The notes beneath the pieces were generated by a model. That model saw nothing but the letters and a program-made list of their open reading frames with translations, did no database searches and was not told where the DNA came from. From contig NZ_CP042905.2 in assembly GCF_008000775.2 (NCBI RefSeq), forward strand, positions 3,720,001-3,752,000: a stretch of DNA of 32,000 bases. The letters are read 5' to 3'. Each line of letters begins with the position of its first letter. The first letter of the stretch is position 1. Made by a program: the position numbers and the translations under genes. Positions 17,266 through 25,362 of this stretch are shown in pieces. The stretch comes from Promethearchaeum syntrophicum (GTDB lineage Archaea; Asgardarchaeota; Lokiarchaeia; Sigyniarchaeales; Promethearchaeaceae).

Positions 17266-17273
17266 TTTGCTCC

Positions 17274-17507
17274 TTATTTTATACGGACCAAGATTTGCCA
17301 TGAAGATTTATCTTTTTTCTCTACTGAGATTACTTCATGTCCGAGTTTTTTCATTGTTTCAGGAATTCTTTCAGCTGAAAGCGGATAATCAATTAAAATT
17401 TCTAAAATATTTCCTGAATTCATCTTCTTAACTTTCCTTTTAGATTTTACATCGGGATATGGACATACTTCACCCATGCAATCCAGTGTTTCTGTAATTT
17501 CTACCAT
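17274..17507 (-). CDS. tusA: TusA-family sulfur carrier
   Basis: It is 77 aa with DCMGEVCPYP, which matches the D.xG..CP.P active-site motif. Confidence 0.85.
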   Translation of the reverse strand: MVEITETLDCMGEVCPYPDVKSKRKVKKMNSGNILEILIDYPLSAERIPETMKKLGHEVISVEKKDKSSWQILVRIK

Positions 17508-17817
17508 TTTTTTTTAACCCAATTTTTTCATATAATTTATAAATAATTATCGATAAATCGACAATTGTAATTTATCTTACTTTCTATTAAAATAATTAGC
17601 TATTTAATTATCGAATTTCGTAAAAATGAGAATAATCACATACAAAACTTTTAATATAATATATTGAATATTTGAATTCTAATTTTATATTATTGATTAT
17701 GATCATTGAAAGTAAAAACTATGACAAATTCTTACATCTAAGATCAAAAAAATTTGATGTTTTGAAACTATAATTATTAGATCTAAATTTGCACTAACAA
17801 ATTAATAATAGAGAATC

Positions 17818-18234
17818 ATGGAAAATGATAAGGAATATATTCCCAGAAAAAAGGATTTCAAGTCGAGGAACTTTCAACCTATAAAAAAACGTCGATTGAA
17901 TGAGGATTTTGAAAAAAATAATGATGAATCTGGACCAAGACTGGAAAATATCCTTGAAAATGGTAAGATAAATGAAACTCAGATAAAAGAAGAAGAAATT
18001 CCAGAACTTACTTTTGAAAACTTTCCAATTGAAGCAGCAGTGCATTCAGAACCACCAGATATGATGGACATTCTACTTCAAGCTGCCGTACATCGAGAAC
18101 CAGAGAATATTCCTATGCCAAGTTCAATGCCATTACTAAAGAAGTTTAAAAAAAACATAAGAAGGTTGATATCTTTAAATGTGAATGTTCTGGAGTTATA
18201 TCACCAAATATCATTGAATATGGAGAATCTGTGA
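17818..18234 (+). CDS. hypothetical acidic low-complexity ORF, possibly non-functional and linked to the Sir2 remnant
   Basis: I recognise no motif. It has an internal short duplication (AAVHSEPPD / AAVHREPEN). It ends where the Sir2-like frame takes over. Confidence 0.3.
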   Translation: MENDKEYIPRKKDFKSRNFQPIKKRRLNEDFEKNNDESGPRLENILENGKINETQIKEEEIPELTFENFPIEAAVHSEPPDMMDILLQAAVHREPENIPMPSSMPLLKKFKKNIRRLISLNVNVLELYHQISLNMENL

Positions 18235-18530
18235 GAAATTATGATATTTGTGAAGATAAAGCTCGAAAAACTATTGTTATGTTAGTTATGGGTACTTCTA
18301 TTCGAGTTACTCCTGCTAGTGACCTTGTTGATATTGTTGAAAAGCAAGGTGGAAAAGTTATATTATTTACAAGATCCGATACACCCAAAGACGATTTAGC
18401 TTCTCTTCACATTCGCGGGGATCTTTCAGATATTCTTCTAATGATTCCAAAAGAATTGAAGAAATATCTTCAAACCCAAGATAATATACCGAAATCAGTA
18501 AGAAAATTAATTAGGAAATATAAAATATGA
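18150..18530 (+). pseudogene. Sir2-family (sirtuin) deacylase, C-terminal half only
   Basis: The frame is open from 18150: KCECSGVISPNIIEYGES...VMGTSIRVTPASDLV...GGKVILFTRSDTP.DD.A...IRGD. This matches the sirtuin zinc-ribbon and C-terminal Rossmann half (CxxCGG.L.P.VV.FGE / GTSL.V.PA). No GAGxS, QNID or catalytic-His region is found upstream. Confidence 0.5.
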
Positions 18531-18597
18531 AAATTTTGGAGTTTAAAAAATCAAAGCCCTATTTCCTTTTAAATATCTTTTTTAATCTCTTTTTCCT

Positions 18598-18876
18598 ATG
18601 TCAAAGAGTGCAATAATACCTCAAGCCCAGTTATCCAACACAGAAATATCTGAATTTTATGAAATTATGGAATTGGCTAGATATAATTTAGGTTCATTTT
18701 GTCAAAAACCGAACTCTAATATCAAGATTTCTGATGAAATCACATTTTCAAATTTCGAGGATTTCCTATATCTGCTTAATGAAAAATGTAAAAAAAATTG
18801 TAAATTTTACCATAATTGTGGTTTAATAGACTGGTCAAATGAAATTCTCAAAATTTATGATAGATATGTGTTCTAA
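18598..18876 (+). CDS. hypothetical small protein
   Basis: It is a 92-aa ORF with a CKKNCKFYHNC cluster. I recognise no family. Confidence 0.35.
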   Translation: MSKSAIIPQAQLSNTEISEFYEIMELARYNLGSFCQKPNSNIKISDEITFSNFEDFLYLLNEKCKKNCKFYHNCGLIDWSNEILKIYDRYVF

Positions 18877-18902
18877 ATCAAAATTCAAGATTTGTAAGAA
18901 TA

Positions 18903-20309
18903 TTAAATTTGACTTGGAATTTCCCGTAATTTACGTAGATGGTGGTATTCTTCTCTTATCCATTTGCGATTAAGAAAATGTGCATATAGTCCAATTATAA
19001 AAGCTCGAAACCTACCATGAAAAAGCCGTAGGATAATCCATTTCCATGCATAGAATTTTGCATGAGCATGATATTGAGCCATTTGTAATTGCCAAGGATT
19101 ATAATTTTTTGGTTTGAATTTCACATGATGAGCATCGTATTCATCCCAATTTGTGTCAATTAACCTTCCTTCTCGCTTCATTTTATAGTAAAAATCGGTA
19201 CCAGGTAACGGAGTGAGGATTAAAAATTGAGTCGTATCAATTTTATGGCGAATAGCAAATTTAACCGAAGCTCGTGCTTTCTTTGGATTGTCCTTATCAA
19301 ACCCAAACACAAACATTCCGTGTACAAAAATTTTACGCTTACGGATCTCTTGAATTGCAGTCTTTATATCTTCTACGGATTGATTTTTGTTCATTTCTTT
19401 TAATGAATCTGGATCCACTGATTCAAATCCGATATAAAGAGTATCACAACCTGCTTTAGCCATCAAATCTAGAAGTTCTGGATCTTTATATATATCCACT
19501 CGAACCTGTGTAGAAAATTTAAAAATTAACCCTAATCTAATCATTTCTCTAAGCAATTTTTTTGTCCGTTTCCGATTTGCGGTAAAATTATCATCATAAA
19601 AGAAAATCGCATGTTCTTTCGGATTATATTGCTGTAATTCAGCAATAATATCTGCTGTTGAACGAAAACGAAATTTCCTGCCAAACATTGCGGTTACTGA
19701 GCAAAAATTGCACGCAAAAGGGCATCCCCTTGAAGTTTGGATGGGGATCGTTGGTTTTTGACCTACAGCGCCCATATGATCCTTTTCTAATTCTAATAAT
19801 TTAAAATCAGGAAAAGGATTGTTATCAAGATTTTGAATATGAACTACATGAGAATTTTTAACAATTTCACCATCAAGATTTCGCCAAACAAGACCTTGAA
19901 TTGTTTTAAAATCTCCTTGAGTATTTAATGTATTTATTAACTGTGGGAGAGAAATTTCACCTTCACCACAAATACAATAATCTGAGTGTTCCATAGCTTC
20001 CTCTGGCATAGCAGAAATATGAGGCCCTCCCATTACAACAATTTTTCCCTTACTTCGGAAATAATCACCCAATCGATAGGCGATAAATGCAGTTGAGGAT
20101 ATTGAGGATATGCCAATTATATCTGCAGTTATATTTTTTTCCAAAATATTACGTTCGCTTAAGAAATAAGCTCGGGCTTCAAAACCTAAATTCTTCATAA
20201 TCGTAGCTAATAAAACACATCCCAATCTTGGAAGTTCAAATTTTGAATATATGTGCAGATTTTCGTTTTTTGGCTCTAACATTGCTATTGAGCTTATCTG
20301 TTTTATCAT
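18903..20309 (-). CDS. B12-binding-domain radical SAM enzyme (class B, DUF4070-like C-terminus)
   Basis: It has an N-terminal cobalamin-binding-type domain (VVMGGPHIS) and the radical SAM CxxxCxxC motif in RGCPFACNFCSV. Confidence 0.9.
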   Translation of the reverse strand: MIKQISSIAMLEPKNENLHIYSKFELPRLGCVLLATIMKNLGFEARAYFLSERNILEKNITADIIGISSISSTAFIAYRLGDYFRSKGKIVVMGGPHISAMPEEAMEHSDYCICGEGEISLPQLINTLNTQGDFKTIQGLVWRNLDGEIVKNSHVVHIQNLDNNPFPDFKLLELEKDHMGAVGQKPTIPIQTSRGCPFACNFCSVTAMFGRKFRFRSTADIIAELQQYNPKEHAIFFYDDNFTANRKRTKKLLREMIRLGLIFKFSTQVRVDIYKDPELLDLMAKAGCDTLYIGFESVDPDSLKEMNKNQSVEDIKTAIQEIRKRKIFVHGMFVFGFDKDNPKKARASVKFAIRHKIDTTQFLILTPLPGTDFYYKMKREGRLIDTNWDEYDAHHVKFKPKNYNPWQLQMAQYHAHAKFYAWKWIILRLFHGRFRAFIIGLYAHFLNRKWIREEYHHLRKLREIPSQI

Positions 20310-20492
20310 ATTATCACTTTTATTTTAAGTTAATAAAAATTTAACAAGTTGGATATTATTAACTCAATTTTCAGATGTGACTTGTTAAATCTACATATTG
20401 TTAAAACAACATAGTATTTAATATCATTGGTTGTCTTTGATCTTCGTTCTAAATATTGAGATAAAACATAAAAATTGAAAAAAATATGATTT

Positions 20493-21245
20493 TTATCTTT
20501 TCTTACTGAAAATAACCCCAATCCCAAGAATTAAACAAAATCCAAAAATTTCGAGTGGAAAACTAGGAATAAACTTTGCATCTGCATCTTCTATTTTCCA
20601 TTCATATTCTATACCCTCCACCCAACTATATGAATTTTCATAAATTTGGAGAATACCATTTTCTGAATATTTTATTTCATAAGAACGACTCCCCGCAGGA
20701 AGAGTTTCAAAATCATCCCATGATGCAGTTATTTTATAACCATACGCATCAGAAGAACTTGAGTAATCTATACCCGTGATTTCGTCAACACTATAAGTAG
20801 TAAACGTGTAAGTATCAACCCAAAAAAAATTCTTTGAAAAGTTTATTCGTTCTACCCAATAGCTTTCCATATCCGCAAAAGCAGATGCTTCATAAATTAT
20901 TTTTACGAATACTGTCAAAGCTTCTTCTGTACTAATTAAATTTGTACCTTCCACATTTTTTTTCATATTAGTACCCCAAGTACCAACATCATTATCCACA
21001 TCACAATTTACATCATATGTGAGATTATCATCTACATTTTTTATGATTACAGAGATTTCTGCTGAAGTTTTTTCAGTAAGAATTTTATCATTATCACTAT
21101 ATTCATAGGATAAAGAGTAGTTTAATTCATCATCCTTTTGCACTGGCCATGATGAAACTGCTATAACATTTATCGTTGGCATGATGAGCAAAATAAAAAT
21201 CATGCCCAAAATTCCACATCTTTTTGTTCGATTCATTTTAATCAT
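20493..21245 (-). CDS. exported hypothetical protein with an N-terminal signal/anchor and a C-terminal TM plus basic tail
   Basis: The N-terminus is RTKRCGILGMIFILLIMPTINVIA. The C-terminus is PSFPLEIFGFCLILGIGVIFSKKR. Confidence 0.55.
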   Translation of the reverse strand: MIKMNRTKRCGILGMIFILLIMPTINVIAVSSWPVQKDDELNYSLSYEYSDNDKILTEKTSAEISVIIKNVDDNLTYDVNCDVDNDVGTWGTNMKKNVEGTNLISTEEALTVFVKIIYEASAFADMESYWVERINFSKNFFWVDTYTFTTYSVDEITGIDYSSSSDAYGYKITASWDDFETLPAGSRSYEIKYSENGILQIYENSYSWVEGIEYEWKIEDADAKFIPSFPLEIFGFCLILGIGVIFSKKR

Positions 21246-21410
21246 CTTAATATATTCCTCTTTAATTATCTAAAAACAAACTTAATTCTACAATTTAGTC
21301 AATATTACAAATATTTTTTTGCAATTTAAATGTATATGCTTATTCGCTGTAAACGTAAAAAAAAGCAAAATTGAGAAGATTTTTAAACAAAATTCCCTAA
21401 AAATAATGCA

Positions 21411-22409
21411 ATGAGAGTTGGAATTACGGGAATATCATCTACTTTAGGTAGTTGTTTAATTCCAAAACTAATCGAAGACCAAAATATTGAACAAATAATT
21501 GGATTAGATCTTAAAGTCTTAAATAGGGATAACTATAACAAAATTCATTTTATTAAAGGAGATGTTCGAAACTTATCACATTTAAGAAATGCTTTTAAAA
21601 ATATAGATGTATTAATCCATTTGGCCTTCGTTGTAATTGGATCCATTCCAGATCCTAAAAAAATTTATGATATCAATGTTAACGGAACGAAAAATGTTTT
21701 TAATGTCGCTGCAGAATTGGGAATTAAGAAGGTAATATATTCGAGTTCTGTTGCAGCATATGGAAAAAATATTTCAAATTCCGCTTTTCTTACAGAAAAA
21801 TCCCCCTTATTAGGTCAAGAGATGAGTTCCTTTTATTACCCTTATACAAAAGCTCTTGTTGAAATCTTTATAGAGGATTTTAAGGAACAACATCCAGAGA
21901 TCAAGATTACAATTTTTCGACCTCATTTGATTGTTGGACCTCACTTTCTTTCCTATACAGATAATTTTAAATTTAGTTTTGGGCAATTAAAATCCAATAG
22001 AAAAATTTATTGGAAGATTGGTCATAAAAATTCCATTGGTAATTTAGTGCAATATACGGATGAACATGATTTAATTAGCGCGATGCATTTTGCAGTTTCA
22101 CATGTTTTTCCCGGAATTTATAATATTGCAGGAGAACCATATGAAATTACGAATATCATGAATGAATTAGGGAAAGAAGAGAAATATATTCCTTTTTGGT
22201 TGGTTAAGGGTTTTTTGACCTTATGCGGAATTTTTTCAAAGAAAGCAAGATGCAATAAAAAATGGATTGAATTCACGAATAATGAACTAATTATGGATTG
22301 TAGCAAGCTATTAAACTCCAGTTATCCCGACAAACTTATATCTTCTAAAAATATCATGTTAAACTCAATTTCTTATCTTAAAAAAATTGAAAAATCTTCG
22401 TACTTTTAA
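21411..22409 (+). CDS. NAD-dependent epimerase/dehydratase (extended SDR)
   Basis: It has an N-terminal GITGISSTLG (GxxGxxG-like), an SSS segment and YPYTK (the YxxxK catalytic motif). Confidence 0.8.
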   Translation: MRVGITGISSTLGSCLIPKLIEDQNIEQIIGLDLKVLNRDNYNKIHFIKGDVRNLSHLRNAFKNIDVLIHLAFVVIGSIPDPKKIYDINVNGTKNVFNVAAELGIKKVIYSSSVAAYGKNISNSAFLTEKSPLLGQEMSSFYYPYTKALVEIFIEDFKEQHPEIKITIFRPHLIVGPHFLSYTDNFKFSFGQLKSNRKIYWKIGHKNSIGNLVQYTDEHDLISAMHFAVSHVFPGIYNIAGEPYEITNIMNELGKEEKYIPFWLVKGFLTLCGIFSKKARCNKKWIEFTNNELIMDCSKLLNSSYPDKLISSKNIMLNSISYLKKIEKSSYF

Positions 22410-22415
22410 TTTATC

Positions 22416-23258
22416 ATGGATCATTGGAAAAAAGAAGGTTTAATCGTTAGAAATACCGAAAAACCAAATACTATAAATACTCTAATATCAGATTTTGAAC
22501 GAATAGGATTAAAACCAGGAGATGTTATTTTAGTTCATAGCTCCCTCAGTAAACTTGGTTGGACAGTTGGAGGACCTGTTGCTGTTATTAAAGCCCTTCA
22601 AACTGTTATAACCAAAGAAGGCACACTAATTATGCCTTCATTTACCACTGAAAACAGTAATCCCGTAATATGGCATTTTCCTCCTGTCCCTAAAGAATGG
22701 TGGCAGATAATTAAAGATAATCAACCTGCATATAATCCCCGGTATAGCTCAACTCGTGCAATGGGAAGAATTGCCGAAACATTTCGAACTTTTCCGGGTG
22801 TTTTAAGATCGGCGCATCCACAGGAATCATTTTGTGCATGGGGAAAACTTGCAGAATTCATCACAAGAAATCATGTGGTATCTCCCGTTTTTGGAAATGA
22901 TTGTCCTCTTTCCAAAATTTACGGATTAAAAGGTAAAGTTGTTTTACTGGGAGTAAATCATGGAAACAATACTTCACTTCATTTAGCTGAATTCCGAGCA
23001 CAACTTCCAAATCAACCTAAAGAAATTCAAGGCGCTGCAATGTCTGTTGACGGAGTTCGAAAATGGATCGAATGGGAAGATTTAGTATATGATGATGATG
23101 ATTTTGTTACTGTTGGTGAAGCTTTTGAAAACACAATTAAATATAATCCGGCCAAAGTTGGTCAAGCAACTTGTAAAATCTTACCCCAACATGAAATAAT
23201 CGATTTTGCTATTGAATGGTTTAAAAGGAACAGAAAATATGAAAAAAAAACTGTTTAA
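22416..23258 (+). CDS. AAC(3)-family aminoglycoside N3-acetyltransferase-like protein
   Basis: GDVILVHSSLSKLGWTVGG...GTLIMPSFT...RMG.I.E and a late NTSLHLAE match the Antibiotic_NAT-type family pattern. Confidence 0.75.
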   Translation: MDHWKKEGLIVRNTEKPNTINTLISDFERIGLKPGDVILVHSSLSKLGWTVGGPVAVIKALQTVITKEGTLIMPSFTTENSNPVIWHFPPVPKEWWQIIKDNQPAYNPRYSSTRAMGRIAETFRTFPGVLRSAHPQESFCAWGKLAEFITRNHVVSPVFGNDCPLSKIYGLKGKVVLLGVNHGNNTSLHLAEFRAQLPNQPKEIQGAAMSVDGVRKWIEWEDLVYDDDDFVTVGEAFENTIKYNPAKVGQATCKILPQHEIIDFAIEWFKRNRKYEKKTV

Positions 23259-23878
23259 GATTGAATTTTAGCGAGATGAGTCATCTCAGGTTCTTGAATA
23301 GTTATTTTCTTTCGTTTAGGAATATTAAATCGTTTCTGCGCTTGAAAAGCATAATGTTTTGCATAACTATAGTAAATACAATCCTCGATCACTGGCATAT
23401 AACTTACAACCCAAGCCCTAGATGAGATATATTCAATATCCTCAAACGAAACATCCCATAATACCGCATATAGAGGTCTAATCTCAATCATTTTACTAAT
23501 AAAATCTTCAAGAGCAATTTCTTCAGGTTGCTCAGTAATATCAGGGGAGTAAAATCGTATCGGTTTAAACATTTCTCCCACTGGTAAAAATTCATCCCAT
23601 TGTTCCTCCGATTCGATATGAACTATATTCTTCAAATTATACAGTACTTGGGCACGAGTAGCATAATGTTTTGACTGGGAATAGTAAACGACTTTTTCCT
23701 TATCATTAATTATAACGTATTGAGTTACCCACACTTTTTTATGAAATTCTCGTACATCTTTTCCAGTAACATCCCAGACTATGGCATATTCAGGTCTTTT
23801 TTTAAGCATTAAAGCCAAAAAGGTCTTGTTGTCTGTTTCCTCGGGGTGATCTTGGTAATTTGGGCAAAAAAATCGCAT
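23255..23878 (-). CDS. hypothetical protein made of two tandem copies of an unrecognised ~100-aa domain
   Basis: RFFCPNY..PEYAIVWDVTGKDV...VWVTQYV...VVYYSQSKHYATRAQ aligns with RFYSPDI..PLYAVLWDVSFEDI...AWVVSYM...CIYYSYAKHYAFQAQ. Confidence 0.5.
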   Translation of the reverse strand: MRFFCPNYQDHPEETDNKTFLALMLKKRPEYAIVWDVTGKDVREFHKKVWVTQYVIINDKEKVVYYSQSKHYATRAQVLYNLKNIVHIESEEQWDEFLPVGEMFKPIRFYSPDITEQPEEIALEDFISKMIEIRPLYAVLWDVSFEDIEYISSRAWVVSYMPVIEDCIYYSYAKHYAFQAQKRFNIPKRKKITIQEPEMTHLAKIQS

Positions 23879-23929
23879 GATTTATTTCATTATTGTTCAT
23901 TATTATTTTTATTGATTCTATGAGTATAT

Positions 23930-24471
23930 TAAAAGACTATTTGAAAAAAGCTATTGATGGAGAATTTTCAGCGACCCAAAAATATACGGAATTTGCTGAT
24001 ATTGCACAGAACGAAGGTTTTAGTAATATTGCTTATCTGTTCAAAGCCTTGACTGCAGCAGAAAACATTCATATTAAAAATCATACCAATGCATTGAAAG
24101 AAGAATATCAACCAGAGGTTGAAGAATTTACCAGAGGAACAACCATTGAAAATGTTAAAGATGCGATGGAAGCGGAATTTTGGGAAAGCAAAACGATGTA
24201 CAAAAATTACCTTAAAGAAATTAAGAAAGATAAAAAAAATCCTCTGTTAAAAGTCGCTCAACTCTCGTTTGAATGGGCACGCGATGTTGAATATACGCAC
24301 TATCAAGCTTTGAAACTTGCTTTAAAATATATTGAAAAAGGAAAAGATTTAGATTACTCAGAGATCTATGTTTGTAAAGTGTGCGGGGATATTATTTTCA
24401 CAAAACCTACTGAAATTTGCCCGATTTGTGGACATGATCCCGCTTTTTATTTTAAAGTAAAAAGAAATTAA
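23930..24471 (+). CDS. rubrerythrin
   Basis: It has ferritin-like di-iron motifs (E...ExxH twice: AENIHIKNH and VEYTHYQ). It also has a C-terminal rubredoxin-type CKVCG...CPICG. I prefer the ATG at 23930 over the TTG at 23893. Confidence 0.85.
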
Positions 24472-24492
24472 AGAACTTAGGAGAAAAAAAAA

Positions 24493-25203
24493 ATGTCAAA
24501 ACCATATATTGATAAATTTCACTTGGAAGGGGGAGAACTCATACGGCAAGTCACCTTTGGGATGAATGATGGAATTGTCTCGATATTTGCTTTACTTGCA
24601 GGAATCGCAGGGGCGGGTCAATCCCCAAAAATTATCCTAATATCACTACTTGCTGCAACAATTGCAGGTGCAATAAGTATGGCGGCAGGAGAGTTTATTA
24701 GTGGAAAGGGGGAGCACGAATATTACAAGCACGAAATTAATCAAGAACGTCTTGAAATTAAGCTCTGTCCCGACATCGAGAAGGAAGAAATTCGGATGAT
24801 TTATCGAAAAAAGGGTTTTGAAGGAGAAATATTAGAAAAGATTGTTGATAAAATTTCCCAAAATGAAGACCTTTGGGTTAGGGAGATGATTATTGAAGAG
24901 TTAGGAGTTACGGAAATTGAACAAGCCCCCGGATTTAAAACTTCAATCGTTATTTTCTTTTCGTTTATTTTAGGAGCAATATTTCCTGTATTACCATATT
25001 TAATATTATTTCAAACAAGTATCTTGGACATGACGCTATTTTGGATTGCTACAAGTGTAACTTTTGGAGGGTTATTCTTCGCAGGAGCAATAAAGACCTT
25101 CGTAACTGGCGTTAATTGGCTGAAATCTGGAATTGAAATGCTTCTGGTGGGATTATTTGCTTTCGGAATTTCTTATATTATTGGCTATTGGATACCTATT
25201 TAA
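24493..25203 (+). CDS. VIT1/CCC1-family Fe/Mn transporter
   Basis: It has FGMNDGIVSIFALLAGIAGA, a cytosolic acidic helical insert and C-terminal TM helices typical of VIT1. Confidence 0.85.
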   Translation: MSKPYIDKFHLEGGELIRQVTFGMNDGIVSIFALLAGIAGAGQSPKIILISLLAATIAGAISMAAGEFISGKGEHEYYKHEINQERLEIKLCPDIEKEEIRMIYRKKGFEGEILEKIVDKISQNEDLWVREMIIEELGVTEIEQAPGFKTSIVIFFSFILGAIFPVLPYLILFQTSILDMTLFWIATSVTFGGLFFAGAIKTFVTGVNWLKSGIEMLLVGLFAFGISYIIGYWIPI

Positions 25204-25261
25204 ATTTTAAATGTTGATGTTCCAAATTTAGATAATCAGGAAAGAAAATAAGAAAATGGTT

Positions 25262-25314
25262 GGAGGCTATATTTGGAACGGTTAACTAATAACCTATAGC
25301 CTCCAAAAAAAAAA
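25262..25314. terminator. hairpin plus A10/T10 tract between convergent genes
   Basis: GGAGGCTATA (25262..25271) and TATAGCCTCC (25295..25304) form a perfect 10-bp stem. A10 at 25305..25314 reads as T10 on the minus strand, downstream of the protease gene. Confidence 0.45.
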
Positions 25315-25362
25315 TTTCGTGTGATTTGTTGATTTCTTTTTGGATTATTATATTGTGTTTCC

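Noticed and set aside
17266-17301. The track's upstream start for the YeeE/YedE gene, overlapping tusA by 28 nt
   Set aside because: An internal ATG at 17265 is preceded by AAGGAG and starts right after the tusA stop. The longer N-terminus adds only a non-hydrophobic stretch and is probably not translated.
17550-17625. A direct repeat of AATTATCGA and a small TCGAT..ATCGA inverted repeat in the tusA upstream spacer
   Set aside because: These are very short motifs in low-complexity AT-rich DNA, so the statistical support is insufficient.
10751-20779. Antisense or nested ORFs inside the hydrogenase, Hdr, DsrF, radical SAM and exported-protein genes, plus nearby spacer ORFs: 10751..10978, 13018..13224, 13146..13364, 15568..15768, 17794..18045, 19274..19459, 20330..20527 and 20576..20779
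   Set aside because: Same reasoning as above. They are embedded in, or overlap, better-supported genes, or they sit in AT-rich spacers with implausible composition.
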